Shown here piece by piece: positions 9,260 to 17,602 of a stretch of DNA of 64,000 nucleotides; position 1 is the stretch's first letter, and every line of letters starts with the position of its first letter. The stretch is from Spirochaetia bacterium (GTDB taxonomy: Bacteria > Spirochaetota > Spirochaetia > SZUA-6 > Bin103): positions 5,216,001 to 5,280,000 of the forward strand of contig CBDBDQ010000005.1 in NCBI GenBank assembly GCA_965203905.1. The letters run 5' to 3'. Below the pieces are notes generated by a model. That model made no database searches, was not told the origin of the DNA, and saw only the letters and a list, made by a program, of their open reading frames with translations. The translations under genes and the position numbers were made by a program.

Positions 9260-11161
9260 CTAGCGCTTGAAGAAGAAGGTCTCCGGGTGGTTGGGTTGCA
9301 GCCGGATCGCGTCGAAGCCGTGCAGCCCGGTCTCGGGAATGTTGCGGAGATCCTTGTTCACCAGGATCGGCAACGGACCTTCGCCCACGGTGCCGATGGT
9401 CCACAGGTTGTCGGCGTTCACCTCCAGGATCATCTTGCCGAGGCGAACCCGTTCCGCCTCGTCGGTGGTGGTTTTCATCTGGTTCCACCACTCCACGAGC
9501 TGCAGCATGACCTCGGGCGGTTCTTCACCCTCGGCCCCCCCGCTCTGGATCCAGCGCGCCCACTCCACGGCCCAGTTGCGTTCCCAGCCCGTGGTGTACG
9601 GCACCCACCAGCGCGGATCGGTGATGTAGCTGATGTCCATGCCATTGGACCCGTCCCAGACGCCTACCTCCATCTGGTTGGCGAGCGTGCGCGCACTCAC
9701 CAGGTCGTTGCTGATCGCCTTGAGGGCCGCGTCGATGCCGACTTCGCGCCACTGCTCCGCAATCAGCTCCAGGCCCGCGGTCTTCTCGCCGGTGTTGGAG
9801 TTGCTGAACTCGATGGTGAATGCCAGGCGCTTGCCGTCCGGCCGCAGCCGATAGCCGTCCGCGTCGCGGTCGGTGAGTCCCATCTCGTCGAGCAGGCGGT
9901 TGGCCTCCACCGGGTCGAATTCGGTGTAGCGGTTCTCGTACTCCGGTACGTAGTAGCTCGACTCCTTGACCGCGGTCACCTGGCGCGGCGTGGCGCGTCC
10001 GAAGTAGAGGATCTTGTTGAACTCCTCGCGGTCGATGGCCAGCGACATGGCGATGCGGAAGCGGACGTCCTGGAAGATCTCGCGCAGCACCGGGTCGCCG
10101 ATGGTCTGGTTGAACTGCAGGTTGAGCTCGTTGGCGGAGGTACGCTTCCACAGCAGCACCCGATAGTTGCCCGACTCCTGGTTCTCCAGGTAGAGCGGGT
10201 AGTTCTGCATCGTCATCTGGCGTGCCGCGTAGTCCAGCTCGCCCTGGATCATCTTCAGGTTGGCCACCTCGGCGTCGCCGATGTAGTTGGCCACCACCGA
10301 GTCGATGTAGGGAAGCTGGTTGCGGGCGGGATCTATCTTCCAGTAGTAGGGGTTGCGCTCGAAGATGCGCACGTCACCGCTGATCGAGGTGATCATGTAG
10401 GGGTTGATGACCGGGTAGCCGACCACCGTGGGCACGTAGCCGCTGCGATACTGCGCCTTGAACAACTGGTGCCAGGCGTCGAAGCCGGCCTCCTTGGCGC
10501 GCGTCTCCAGCTTCGCCTTGTCCACGACCGAGGGATGGAAGTCGCGCATGTAGTGGGCGGGGTGGTAGAACGAGGCGGGAAAGCCGCGGTAGTGGGCCAG
10601 CAGCATGGTGGCGATGGGATAGGGCTCGGCGAAGTCCAGCCTGAGGTTGTAGGTGTCCACCTTGCTCACCGTCATCAGCTCTGCGCCGGGCATCCAGTAC
10701 ACGGGCTTCGACGGCGTCAGCTCGTCGTCGAGCAGGACCTGTTCGTACCAGAACAGGATGTCGTCGGTCGTGAACGGCTCGCCGGAGGACCAGTTGATTC
10801 CCGGTACCAGGGACAGCAGCAGGGTGCGGCCGTCGTTCTGGTACTCCCAGCTCTCGGCGATCCCGGGCAGCACCGCGTTGTACTGCGGCGAGATCCGCAG
10901 GATGGTCTCCGGCCCGATGGTGGACTGGCCATCGCCGGCAAAGCCGTAGGGGCTGTTGATCGCCATCCGCAGCGTGCCGCCGTACTGGCCGACTTCTTCC
11001 AGGGGCGTGACCACGGGGGGATTCGGCGGCAGCCGATCCTCCACGGGTGGCAACTCGCCCGCGGCCACCCGCGCCGCAAGCATCGGAGCTTCCTGGTAGT
11101 CGGCCCAGGCAGAGGCGACGATCAGCGGCACGGCCGCTGCCATCAGCAGGGCTTTTTTCAT
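9260..11161 (-). CDS. ABC transporter substrate-binding protein, family 5
   Basis: Signal peptide, EAPMLAARVAAGELPPVEDRLP, RNPYYWK.D...NQLPYID, RIAMSLAIDREE. Confidence 0.93.
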   Translation of the reverse strand: MKKALLMAAAVPLIVASAWADYQEAPMLAARVAAGELPPVEDRLPPNPPVVTPLEEVGQYGGTLRMAINSPYGFAGDGQSTIGPETILRISPQYNAVLPGIAESWEYQNDGRTLLLSLVPGINWSSGEPFTTDDILFWYEQVLLDDELTPSKPVYWMPGAELMTVSKVDTYNLRLDFAEPYPIATMLLAHYRGFPASFYHPAHYMRDFHPSVVDKAKLETRAKEAGFDAWHQLFKAQYRSGYVPTVVGYPVINPYMITSISGDVRIFERNPYYWKIDPARNQLPYIDSVVANYIGDAEVANLKMIQGELDYAARQMTMQNYPLYLENQESGNYRVLLWKRTSANELNLQFNQTIGDPVLREIFQDVRFRIAMSLAIDREEFNKILYFGRATPRQVTAVKESSYYVPEYENRYTEFDPVEANRLLDEMGLTDRDADGYRLRPDGKRLAFTIEFSNSNTGEKTAGLELIAEQWREVGIDAALKAISNDLVSARTLANQMEVGVWDGSNGMDISYITDPRWWVPYTTGWERNWAVEWARWIQSGGAEGEEPPEVMLQLVEWWNQMKTTTDEAERVRLGKMILEVNADNLWTIGTVGEGPLPILVNKDLRNIPETGLHGFDAIRLQPNHPETFFFKR

Positions 11162-11184
11162 GTGTTCTCCTCCTGTGAACGGCC

Positions 11185-11213
11185 ACCGTAGGAGATGGGC
11201 TGGCGGTTGTCAA
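11185..11213 (-). promoter_or_regulatory. sigma70-like promoter for the SBP-permease-M14 operon
   Basis: TTGACA (11208-11213), 17 bp spacer, TACGGT (11185-11190) on the minus strand. Confidence 0.5.
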
Positions 11214-11228
11214 TGAATCGTCACGGCA

Positions 11229-11288
11229 GGGGTGCATTCCGTCACTGTGGCAGCGGTCAGGCAGCCTCGATCTGGGTCTGGGTGGATT
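11229..11288 (+). repeat. Direct repeat copy A (IS end)
   Basis: ggggtgcattccgtcactgtggcagcggtcaggcagcctcgatctgggtctgggtggatt. Matches 13218-13287 with 4 substitutions and a 10-nt duplication in copy B. Confidence 0.92.
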
Positions 11289-11450
11289 GGCGACCACGTT
11301 TCTTGCAGGCCCCCTCGACTGACCCCGCTGCCGATCGGCAGACCGCACGACCGATACAGCGGGTAGTCCATGCGCTGCTGGTTGGCCGTGAAGTAGTTGA
11401 TCTCGCCCTGGAGGTCGTAGCACTGCTGCTTGCTGTAGCGGTGGGCGTCG
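11229..11450 (-). pseudogene. ISKra4/ISLre2-like transposase C-terminal remnant with its IS end
   Basis: YFTANQQRMDYPLYRSCGLPIGSG, then a frameshift to VEGACK. This is the conserved RMxY...G.PIGSG.VE.ACK signature. The terminal repeat follows. Confidence 0.8.
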
Positions 11451-11454
11451 TCGA

Positions 11455-11600
11455 CAACATGGGCGACGTCGTGGACCTGGCGCCGGAGGTGTGGGTGTCG
11501 GCCGTCTCGTTGAAGACGTGGCGGGAGGTCTTTGCCGTGAACGTCGAGGCGGCTCTGACGGCATCGCAGCAGGCGGCGGTGCGGCAGATGTCCCGGCCGG
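11455..11600 (+). pseudogene. Possible short-chain dehydrogenase (SDR) gene fragment
   Basis: AVSLKTWREVFAVNVEAALTASQQAAVRQM resembles the SDR helix 'W..VF.VNV.G'. No start or catalytic YxxxK seen. Confidence 0.35.
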
Positions 11601-11808
11601 TGCTGCCGGCTGACGATCCAAAATTCGCAAGAAAAACGCTTGACGCACTCTGACGCGCTCATGACGGCCCTCTACGGGCCGTGGTGGCGCTTCCGACTCT
11701 CCAGAGAACACTTCGCGCCCGCTGGCTCGACAGCGCCCTGCTACGCCCGTCCTGAGCCATCTCCGAAGCCCGTCCGAGACCTGGAAGGTCGTGGTATTTT
11801 CAATCCAG

Positions 11809-11817
11809 TGGTATATT
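11809..11817 (+). promoter_or_regulatory. Extended -10 promoter; probable leaderless HNH transcript
   Basis: TG-G-TATATT ends 7 nt before ATG 11824. No Shine-Dalgarno sequence. Confidence 0.55.
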
Positions 11818-11823
11818 TACGCC

Positions 11824-13203
11824 ATGACGAACGTGACCGACGCAGCCTCCGAAGAGCTCCTCTCCACGGTCGCCGTGCTCCCCGACCAGGTGCTGCTGGA
11901 GCGGACCAGAATGCTCGCCCGCCACGAGCAGGCGTTGCAGCTCAGCGTCCTCGACCACCTGCGCGAAATCGAGGCCCGGCGCCTGTATCTGCGCCTCGGC
12001 TACTCCAGCTTGTTCGACTACACCGTGCGCGAGCTGCACTATACCGAGGCAGCCGCTTGGCGGCGTATCAAGGCCATGCGCCTGTGCCGCGAGACCCGCG
12101 GCGTCCGCGCGTGGCTGCAGGACGGCTCGCTGAACCTGAGCAACGCCGCCCTGTTGCAGAACTCCTTCGAGCGCTGGGACCGCAGCGCAGGCGGACGGAC
12201 CGCCACCGGGTCGCCGGGAGCCGGCACCAGCGCCGCGCCGCGTGCCGGCTCGGCTCCATCCGCGACGCCGGGCGAGGCGCAGGGTGCGCCATCGCCGGTG
12301 CTGGATGCGCACGCCCGGCAGCGGCTGGTGGAGCAGGCGGTGGGCAAGAGCACGCGGCAGGTGCAGCAGATGCTGGCGGAGGTGGATCCCGAGGCGGCGG
12401 CGCCGGCCGAGCGGCTGCGGGCGCTGGGGGACGGGCGGTGGGAGCTGAAGGCGGTGATCGACGCCGAGTGCCAGCGTGGACTGCAGCAGTTGCGGGAGCT
12501 GCTGTCGCACGTGGATCCGCACCTGACGGTCGGGCAACTCGTCGGGCGGCTGGTGCGGGAGGGCCTGGAGCGCTACGATCCGAGCCGGCCGCGCCGCCGG
12601 AAGCGGAAGTCAGACTCTGCGGGTGGCGAGCGTCCGTCCGGGACAGCGGGGCGGGAGACGGCAGATCGCGTCGCGGCGGCGGCGGAGAACCCGGACCGGC
12701 CCGGGAAGTCCGCGGCGGCGGCGGTGTCCCCTTCGGCGACGAAGGGGTCCGCGCAGCCGGCGGCAGACAGCACTTCGGCGCCGAAGCCGCGCGTGGCAGC
12801 CGGCGATTCGACTTCGGAGCGGAGCACGGGGGGCGCAGGATCGGCGGAGCCGACTTCGGCGGCGAAGTCCCGCGTGGCAACCGGTAGTTCGACACCGGAA
12901 CGGAGGACCGGCGACGCAGGGGAGCCGACTTCGGTGGAGAAGTCCGCCAGATCGTCGGGCAGATCGATTCCGGCTGCGGTGAAACGAGAGGTTTGGCGGC
13001 GCGACCAGGGCTGCTGCACCTTCGTCGACCGGGACAGCGGGCGGCGCTGCGGCTCGCGCTTCTGCCTCGAGATGGACCACATCGTTCCGGTCGCGGTGGG
13101 CGGCGGCGCGGAGCCGGGGAACCTGGTCTTGCGCTGCGCGGCTCACCACCGTTACCGCCACCAGCGCCGGCAGCGCTCCGCACCGCGGGACTCGGTGACG
13201 TGA
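11824..13203 (+). CDS. HNH endonuclease with a DUF222/13E12-like N-terminal domain
   Basis: N-terminal RRLYLRLGYSSLFDY..RELHY.EAAAWRRI. C-terminal RSIPAAVKREVWRRDQGCCTF...C....LEMDHIVPVAVGG....NLVLRCAAHH. Confidence 0.9.
   Translation: MTNVTDAASEELLSTVAVLPDQVLLERTRMLARHEQALQLSVLDHLREIEARRLYLRLGYSSLFDYTVRELHYTEAAAWRRIKAMRLCRETRGVRAWLQDGSLNLSNAALLQNSFERWDRSAGGRTATGSPGAGTSAAPRAGSAPSATPGEAQGAPSPVLDAHARQRLVEQAVGKSTRQVQQMLAEVDPEAAAPAERLRALGDGRWELKAVIDAECQRGLQQLRELLSHVDPHLTVGQLVGRLVREGLERYDPSRPRRRKRKSDSAGGERPSGTAGRETADRVAAAAENPDRPGKSAAAAVSPSATKGSAQPAADSTSAPKPRVAAGDSTSERSTGGAGSAEPTSAAKSRVATGSSTPERRTGDAGEPTSVEKSARSSGRSIPAAVKREVWRRDQGCCTFVDRDSGRRCGSRFCLEMDHIVPVAVGGGAEPGNLVLRCAAHHRYRHQRRQRSAPRDSVT
12728..12944 (+). 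repeat. Array of short palindromes (core CTTCG-N4-CGAAG) within the HNH linker
   Basis: Core starts at 12731, 12773, 12812, 12854, 12893 (degenerate) and 12929, giving spacings of 42, 39, 42, 39 and 36 bp. Confidence 0.8.
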
Positions 13204-13218
13204 GGCAAGGTGCCGCTG

Positions 13219-13446
13219 GGGTGCATTCCGTCAGTGTGGTAGCGGTCAGGCCGCCTCGAGCTGGGTCTGGCTGGGTCTGGGTGGATTCTGGGGTGGGCGA
13301 TGAGGGAAGCAGGCTTTCGTAGTCGTCCCAGAAGCGACGACTCATCACGGGGGGTAGATGCTTACCACACATCATCGAATCTCTGGGAGGGGTCTCTATT
13401 TCCCGTACCACAGATGCCGCAGGTGCCACAGAGAAAGAATGCACCC
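13219..13446. mobile_element. MITE-like internally deleted IS (228 bp) with imperfect 23-bp TIRs
   Basis: Left end gggtgcattccgtcagtgtggta; right end (reverse complement) gggtgcattctttctctgtggca. Three 9-bp subterminal repeats at 13406-13432. The residual minus-strand reading MSRRFWDDY resembles a transposase tail. Confidence 0.75.
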
Positions 13447-13536
13447 TCACGGCCTGCTTGGGACGCGGGGAAACGCGACCCGGCGAGCGCGAGTGCGATG
13501 GTTGATTCGATACGAATACGGAAGTAGTCTTACCGT

Positions 13537-14067
13537 GTGCGCGTGGTCGTTGCAGATGCCAGTTCGCTGATACTGCTCGCCAAGTGCTCGATGCTGCGCG
13601 ACTATTCTCGGAGAGTGGACCTGCAAGTTCCGCGGGAGGTATTCGACGAGGTTGCCTCGGCGCCGCTCGTGCGCCGTTACACGGATGCGGCAAGCGTTGC
13701 GGGACTGGCGAACGAAGGCCTGGTACACGTGGTAGAGGTGGTCTCGCACCGCGGTCTCCCGCTTGCACTCGGTCGAGGAGAGGCCGCCGCGATCCGACTC
13801 TGGTTCGATGCAGAGGCGGACGTGTTGTTGTCCGATGACGGTCGCGCTATCCGTACGTGCCGGATGCTGGGAATACCGTTTACCAATTCACCACGCGTCG
13901 TCGTTGATCTCTACCGGGCGGGGGTGGTGCGCCGGTCCCGGGCGAGGACAGCCCTTGAGACGTTGGCGGTAGCTGGACGCTATGGCCGAGACTTGATCGC
14001 CGCCGCGATGGTGGCCCTGCAGGAGGAATACGACGATGACGAAACCCACGACGATTCGTCTTCCTGA
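13537..14067 (+). CDS. PIN-domain protein (DUF3368-like putative toxin)
   Basis: VVVADASSLILLAK, VPREVFDEV, LGRGEAAAI, LLSDDGRA. Confidence 0.85.
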   Translation: MRVVVADASSLILLAKCSMLRDYSRRVDLQVPREVFDEVASAPLVRRYTDAASVAGLANEGLVHVVEVVSHRGLPLALGRGEAAAIRLWFDAEADVLLSDDGRAIRTCRMLGIPFTNSPRVVVDLYRAGVVRRSRARTALETLAVAGRYGRDLIAAAMVALQEEYDDDETHDDSSS

Positions 14068-14338
14068 GGATATGCTGAACGAACTCGACCGCCGTGCCCG
14101 AGCGCGTGGCAAGGACCGGGCGACGCTCCTGCGTGAGTTGCTGCGCGATGCACTGGACAGGGATAGGGAAGACGAGGCGGTAGCCGCTTATCGTTCCGGG
14201 CGCCTCTCACTGTCGCAGGCCGCCTCGCGACTCGGAATAGACGCGTGGTCGTTCTTCAACACTCTCTCGCGGCGAGGGGAGACCGTGAGCGTATCGCTGG
14301 AGGACTGGAGGGATTCCGAGGCGTCAGCTTCAGGGTAG
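14036..14338 (+). CDS. RHH/CopG + UPF0175-like antitoxin
   Basis: TTIRLPEDMLNELDRRA...RATLLRELL (RHH), then AYRSGRLSLSQAASRLGI (UPF0175). Overlaps the PIN gene. Confidence 0.82.
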   Translation: MTKPTTIRLPEDMLNELDRRARARGKDRATLLRELLRDALDRDREDEAVAAYRSGRLSLSQAASRLGIDAWSFFNTLSRRGETVSVSLEDWRDSEASASG

Positions 14339-14497
14339 GAGACCATGAAACCGGAGCACCTGGTTGGTCTGCTGGACGTGATCTTGGATTAGTCGGGCGG
14401 GGTCTCTCACCGGCGGACGGTTGCGCGGCGGCACGTTGACAGGGATGGGGGGCCGTAACATGATCGAGACACAGGACGCACTCTCAAGGAGGACGCT

Positions 14498-16522
14498 ATG
14501 AAAAAAGTTGCCGCGCTGGCGCTGGCATTGGCATGTGTGACCGGGACGGCTCTGTTTGCCGCCGGCGAAGGGGAGGACGGCGGGGCCGCAACTGCCGCTT
14601 CGGCGGCCGCCGTGGTGGTGCCCGGCGAGCTGGCCGTCTACGCCTCGCCCGCCGAGTTCACCAGCGCCACGGGCAGGACGCTGCCCGCGTACAGCGAGGC
14701 GCCGGTGCTGGCGGAGATGGTGGCCGCGGGCGAGTTGCCGCCGGTGGCGGAGCGGCTGCCGGACGAGCCGGTGGTGATCGACCCGCTGAACGAGATCGGC
14801 ACCTACGGCGGCGATTACCGCAGTCCGTCGCTGTCGCCGACCCACAATCAGGACGCCATGTTCGGGCGCCTGCAGAATCTGCTGACCCTCACTCCCGATC
14901 GCACCACCACGATTCCCAACTTCGCACGGAGCTGGGAGGTGTCGGACGACAACATGACCACCACCCTGCACCTGCGCCCGGGGCTCAGGTGGAGCGACGG
15001 CGATCCGCTCGACGCCGACGACTTCATGTTCTGGTACGAGGACTTTCTCACCAACGAGGAGCTGGTGACGCGTCCGAACGTGGCGTGGCGGCCCGGCGGC
15101 GAGGTGATGCAGGTCACCAGGATCGACGACTACACCGTGCAGTATTCGTTCGCGGTCCCCTATCCGGTAGTGGTCGACAAGTTCGCCTTCAGCCCCTATT
15201 CGCGCAACTCCAACACCTTGCCATTGCTCCCGCGCCACTACATGGAGCGGTTCCACATCGACTACAACGACAAGGCGGCCGAGCAGGCCAAGGAGGCGGG
15301 CTTCGATACCTGGTGGCAGTGGTTCATGAGCGTGGTCGGCCCGGACGAGCAGGGGCGCCTCGACACCGACTACCCGGAGATCAAGCCGTGGCGCCTGGGC
15401 AACATCGACGACTACGGCAACCGCTACTACATCCGCAATCCCTACTACTTCAAGGTGGACAGCCAGGGCCAGCAGCTTCCCTATCTGGATCGCCAGGTAA
15501 CCATCAACAGCGGCAACATGGACGTGGTGACCCTCAAGGCGATTGCCGGCGAGTTCGACGTGGCCACCTTCTCCCTGACCCTGGACAACTATCCGCTGTA
15601 CAAGGAGGGAGAGCAGGCGGGCGACTACCGCACGCTGATCTGGGGCCTGCCGCGCAACGAGGTCGCCTACGGGTTCAACCAGACCTACGCCGCCGATCCG
15701 GTGCTGCGCGACATCTTCCGCGACCTGCGCTTCCGCCAGGCGATGTCGCTGGCGATCAATCGCGAAGAGATCAACACCGTGGTCGCGCTGGGACGCGCGA
15801 TCCCGCGCCAGGCCACCGGTCCGACCAAGCCCGAGGGCCTGTTCACCGAGGACTGGATGGCAGAACACTACGCCGAGTACGACCCCGACAAGGCCAACGC
15901 GCTGTTGGACGAGATGGGCCTGCAGTGGGACGCCAATGGCGAGGTCCGGTTGCGGCCCGACGGCGAGCCGCTGGAGCTCCTGATGGAGTACTTCCGCACG
16001 GAGGGCGCCAAGGAGCGGATCTACCAGCTCACGGCGGATTACTGGGGCGCGGTCGGCGTGAAGGTGGTGCTCAAGGAGATCGCGGGATCGCTGTTCGGGC
16101 AGCGCGTGGCCGCGAACGAGATCCAGGTCTACAACTTCCACTTCGACAACCGCGGGCCGTTCGGCATGGTGTGGCGCGAGGCGCCGCACTACAAGACCGG
16201 CATCGGCCGGCTGTGGGAGGACTGGTACCGCACCCAGGGCGCCCAGGGCGAGGAGCCGTCGGCAGAGGTGAAAGAGGTCTTTGCGCTGATCGACCAGCTC
16301 ATGCAGGTGCCGCTCGGCTCCGACGAGTCGATCGCGATCGGCCGGGAGCTGCTGACCAAGCACGTGCAGGGGCTGTACCGGATCGGGACCATCGACTACA
16401 TCCCGCAGCCGGTGATCGTCAAGAACGGCCTGATGACCAACTTCACCGAGGTGGACGTGTGGGCGCCCGAGGGGCTGTGGCACAACAACACGCTTCCGGA
16501 GCAGTGGTTCTGGAAGAATTAG
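14498..16522 (+). CDS. ABC transporter substrate-binding protein, family 5
   Basis: GGAGG RBS, signal peptide, LRPGLRWSDG, RNPYYFKVD..GQQLPYLD. Confidence 0.93.
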   Translation: MKKVAALALALACVTGTALFAAGEGEDGGAATAASAAAVVVPGELAVYASPAEFTSATGRTLPAYSEAPVLAEMVAAGELPPVAERLPDEPVVIDPLNEIGTYGGDYRSPSLSPTHNQDAMFGRLQNLLTLTPDRTTTIPNFARSWEVSDDNMTTTLHLRPGLRWSDGDPLDADDFMFWYEDFLTNEELVTRPNVAWRPGGEVMQVTRIDDYTVQYSFAVPYPVVVDKFAFSPYSRNSNTLPLLPRHYMERFHIDYNDKAAEQAKEAGFDTWWQWFMSVVGPDEQGRLDTDYPEIKPWRLGNIDDYGNRYYIRNPYYFKVDSQGQQLPYLDRQVTINSGNMDVVTLKAIAGEFDVATFSLTLDNYPLYKEGEQAGDYRTLIWGLPRNEVAYGFNQTYAADPVLRDIFRDLRFRQAMSLAINREEINTVVALGRAIPRQATGPTKPEGLFTEDWMAEHYAEYDPDKANALLDEMGLQWDANGEVRLRPDGEPLELLMEYFRTEGAKERIYQLTADYWGAVGVKVVLKEIAGSLFGQRVAANEIQVYNFHFDNRGPFGMVWREAPHYKTGIGRLWEDWYRTQGAQGEEPSAEVKEVFALIDQLMQVPLGSDESIAIGRELLTKHVQGLYRIGTIDYIPQPVIVKNGLMTNFTEVDVWAPEGLWHNNTLPEQWFWKN

Positions 16523-16536
16523 CCACCCACGCTTGA

Positions 16537-16588
16537 CCGCGAACGGGGGCGCCGCACGGCCGGCTGACCGAGCCGGCGCCCCCGCGGT
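16537..16588 (+). terminator. GC-rich intercistronic stem-loop after the SBP gene
   Basis: accgcg..gggggcgccg ... cggcgcccccgcggt inverted repeat. Confidence 0.5.
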
Positions 16589-16597
16589 CGGTTCGTC

Positions 16598-17602
16598 ATG
16601 GCGTACGTTCTGAGGCGCTTCGTCGCCATGGCCGTCACCATCGCACTGGTGTCGGTGGTGGCGTTCATTCTCATCCAGCTCCCGCCCGGGGACTACATTT
16701 CCTCCTACGTCGCTGCCCGCGAGGCGGCGGGAGACGACGAGGTGTCGCAGGGCGAGATCGACTCGATGAAGCGCGAGTTCGGGCTCGACAAGCCGGTGCA
16801 CATGCAGTACCTGCGCTGGATCGGGCGCATCGTCACCAAGGGCGATTTCGGCCGTTCCTTCGCCTACCGCCGCTCGATCAACGAGTTGATCTGGGAGCGC
16901 TTCGTGCTCACCGCCGTGGTCGGCCTCGCCGCGCTGGTGATCACCTACCTGGTCGGCGTGCCGCTGGGGATCTACTCGTCGCTGCGCCAGTACTCGGTCA
17001 GCGACTTCGCCCTCACCACGGTTGGCTACGTGGGGCTGGCGACGCCCAACTTCCTGCTCGCCATCCTGCTGATGTACCTCGGCTTCAAGTACTTCGGCGC
17101 CAGTGTCGGCGGCCTGTTCGACGCCAAGTACATGGAGACACCCTGGACGCTGGCCAAGATCGTGAACATGCTCGGCCACCTGTGGGTGCCGGCGATCGTG
17201 CTCGGCACGGCGGGCACCGCCGGCATCATCCGCGTGACGCGCGGCATGATGCTGGACGAGTTGCGCAAGCAGTACGTGGTCACGGCACGGGCCAAGGGCC
17301 TGCGCGAGCGGTCACTGATCTTCAAGTACCCGGTGCGGATCGCACTGAACCCGATCGTGGCCACCATCGGCTGGCAGCTCACGGCGATCATCTCGGGCGC
17401 CCCGATCGTGGCGATGGTGCTGTCGCTGCCGACCACCGGCCCGCTGATGATCAACGCGCTGCTGCTGCAGGACATGTACCTGGCCGGCAGCTTCATCCTG
17501 CTGCTCTGTACCTTCACCGTGGTGGGCACCTTCATCTCCGACGTGCTGCTGGCGATGCTCGATCCGCGCATTCGCCTCGGAGCGGAGCGCGATGGCGGCT
17601 GA
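16598..17602 (+). CDS. ABC permease (DppB/OppB-like)
   Basis: LIQLPPGDY, FGLDKP, YVVTARAKG, LDPRIR. Confidence 0.93.
   Translation: MAYVLRRFVAMAVTIALVSVVAFILIQLPPGDYISSYVAAREAAGDDEVSQGEIDSMKREFGLDKPVHMQYLRWIGRIVTKGDFGRSFAYRRSINELIWERFVLTAVVGLAALVITYLVGVPLGIYSSLRQYSVSDFALTTVGYVGLATPNFLLAILLMYLGFKYFGASVGGLFDAKYMETPWTLAKIVNMLGHLWVPAIVLGTAGTAGIIRVTRGMMLDELRKQYVVTARAKGLRERSLIFKYPVRIALNPIVATIGWQLTAIISGAPIVAMVLSLPTTGPLMINALLLQDMYLAGSFILLLCTFTVVGTFISDVLLAMLDPRIRLGAERDGG

Larger units (their letters stand above)
11229..13446. mobile_element. Composite, non-autonomous IS-end-bounded unit carrying an HNH endonuclease gene
   Basis: Outer ends GGGTGCATTC (11230) and GAATGCACCC (13437-13446) are inverted. 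tcacggc flanks both sides (11221-11227 and 13447-13453). A second copy of the left end lies internally at 13218. Confidence 0.6.

Noticed and set aside
8198-11191. 997-aa plus-strand ORF
   Set aside because: Shadow of the SBP/DppB genes; a typical high-GC antisense open frame with no motifs.
12728-12944. HNH-internal palindromes as a CRISPR array
   Set aside because: Repeats are only 14-20 bp, degenerate and in-frame. Spacers are partly duplicated and no cas genes are present. Kept as a non-CRISPR finding.
11824-13203. HNH protein as IscB/Cas9-like
   Set aside because: No PLMP or RuvC motifs visible; the HNH domain is C-terminal after a DUF222-like domain.
14330-17179. 949-aa minus-strand ORF
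   Set aside because: Shadow of the plus-strand SBP/DppB genes.
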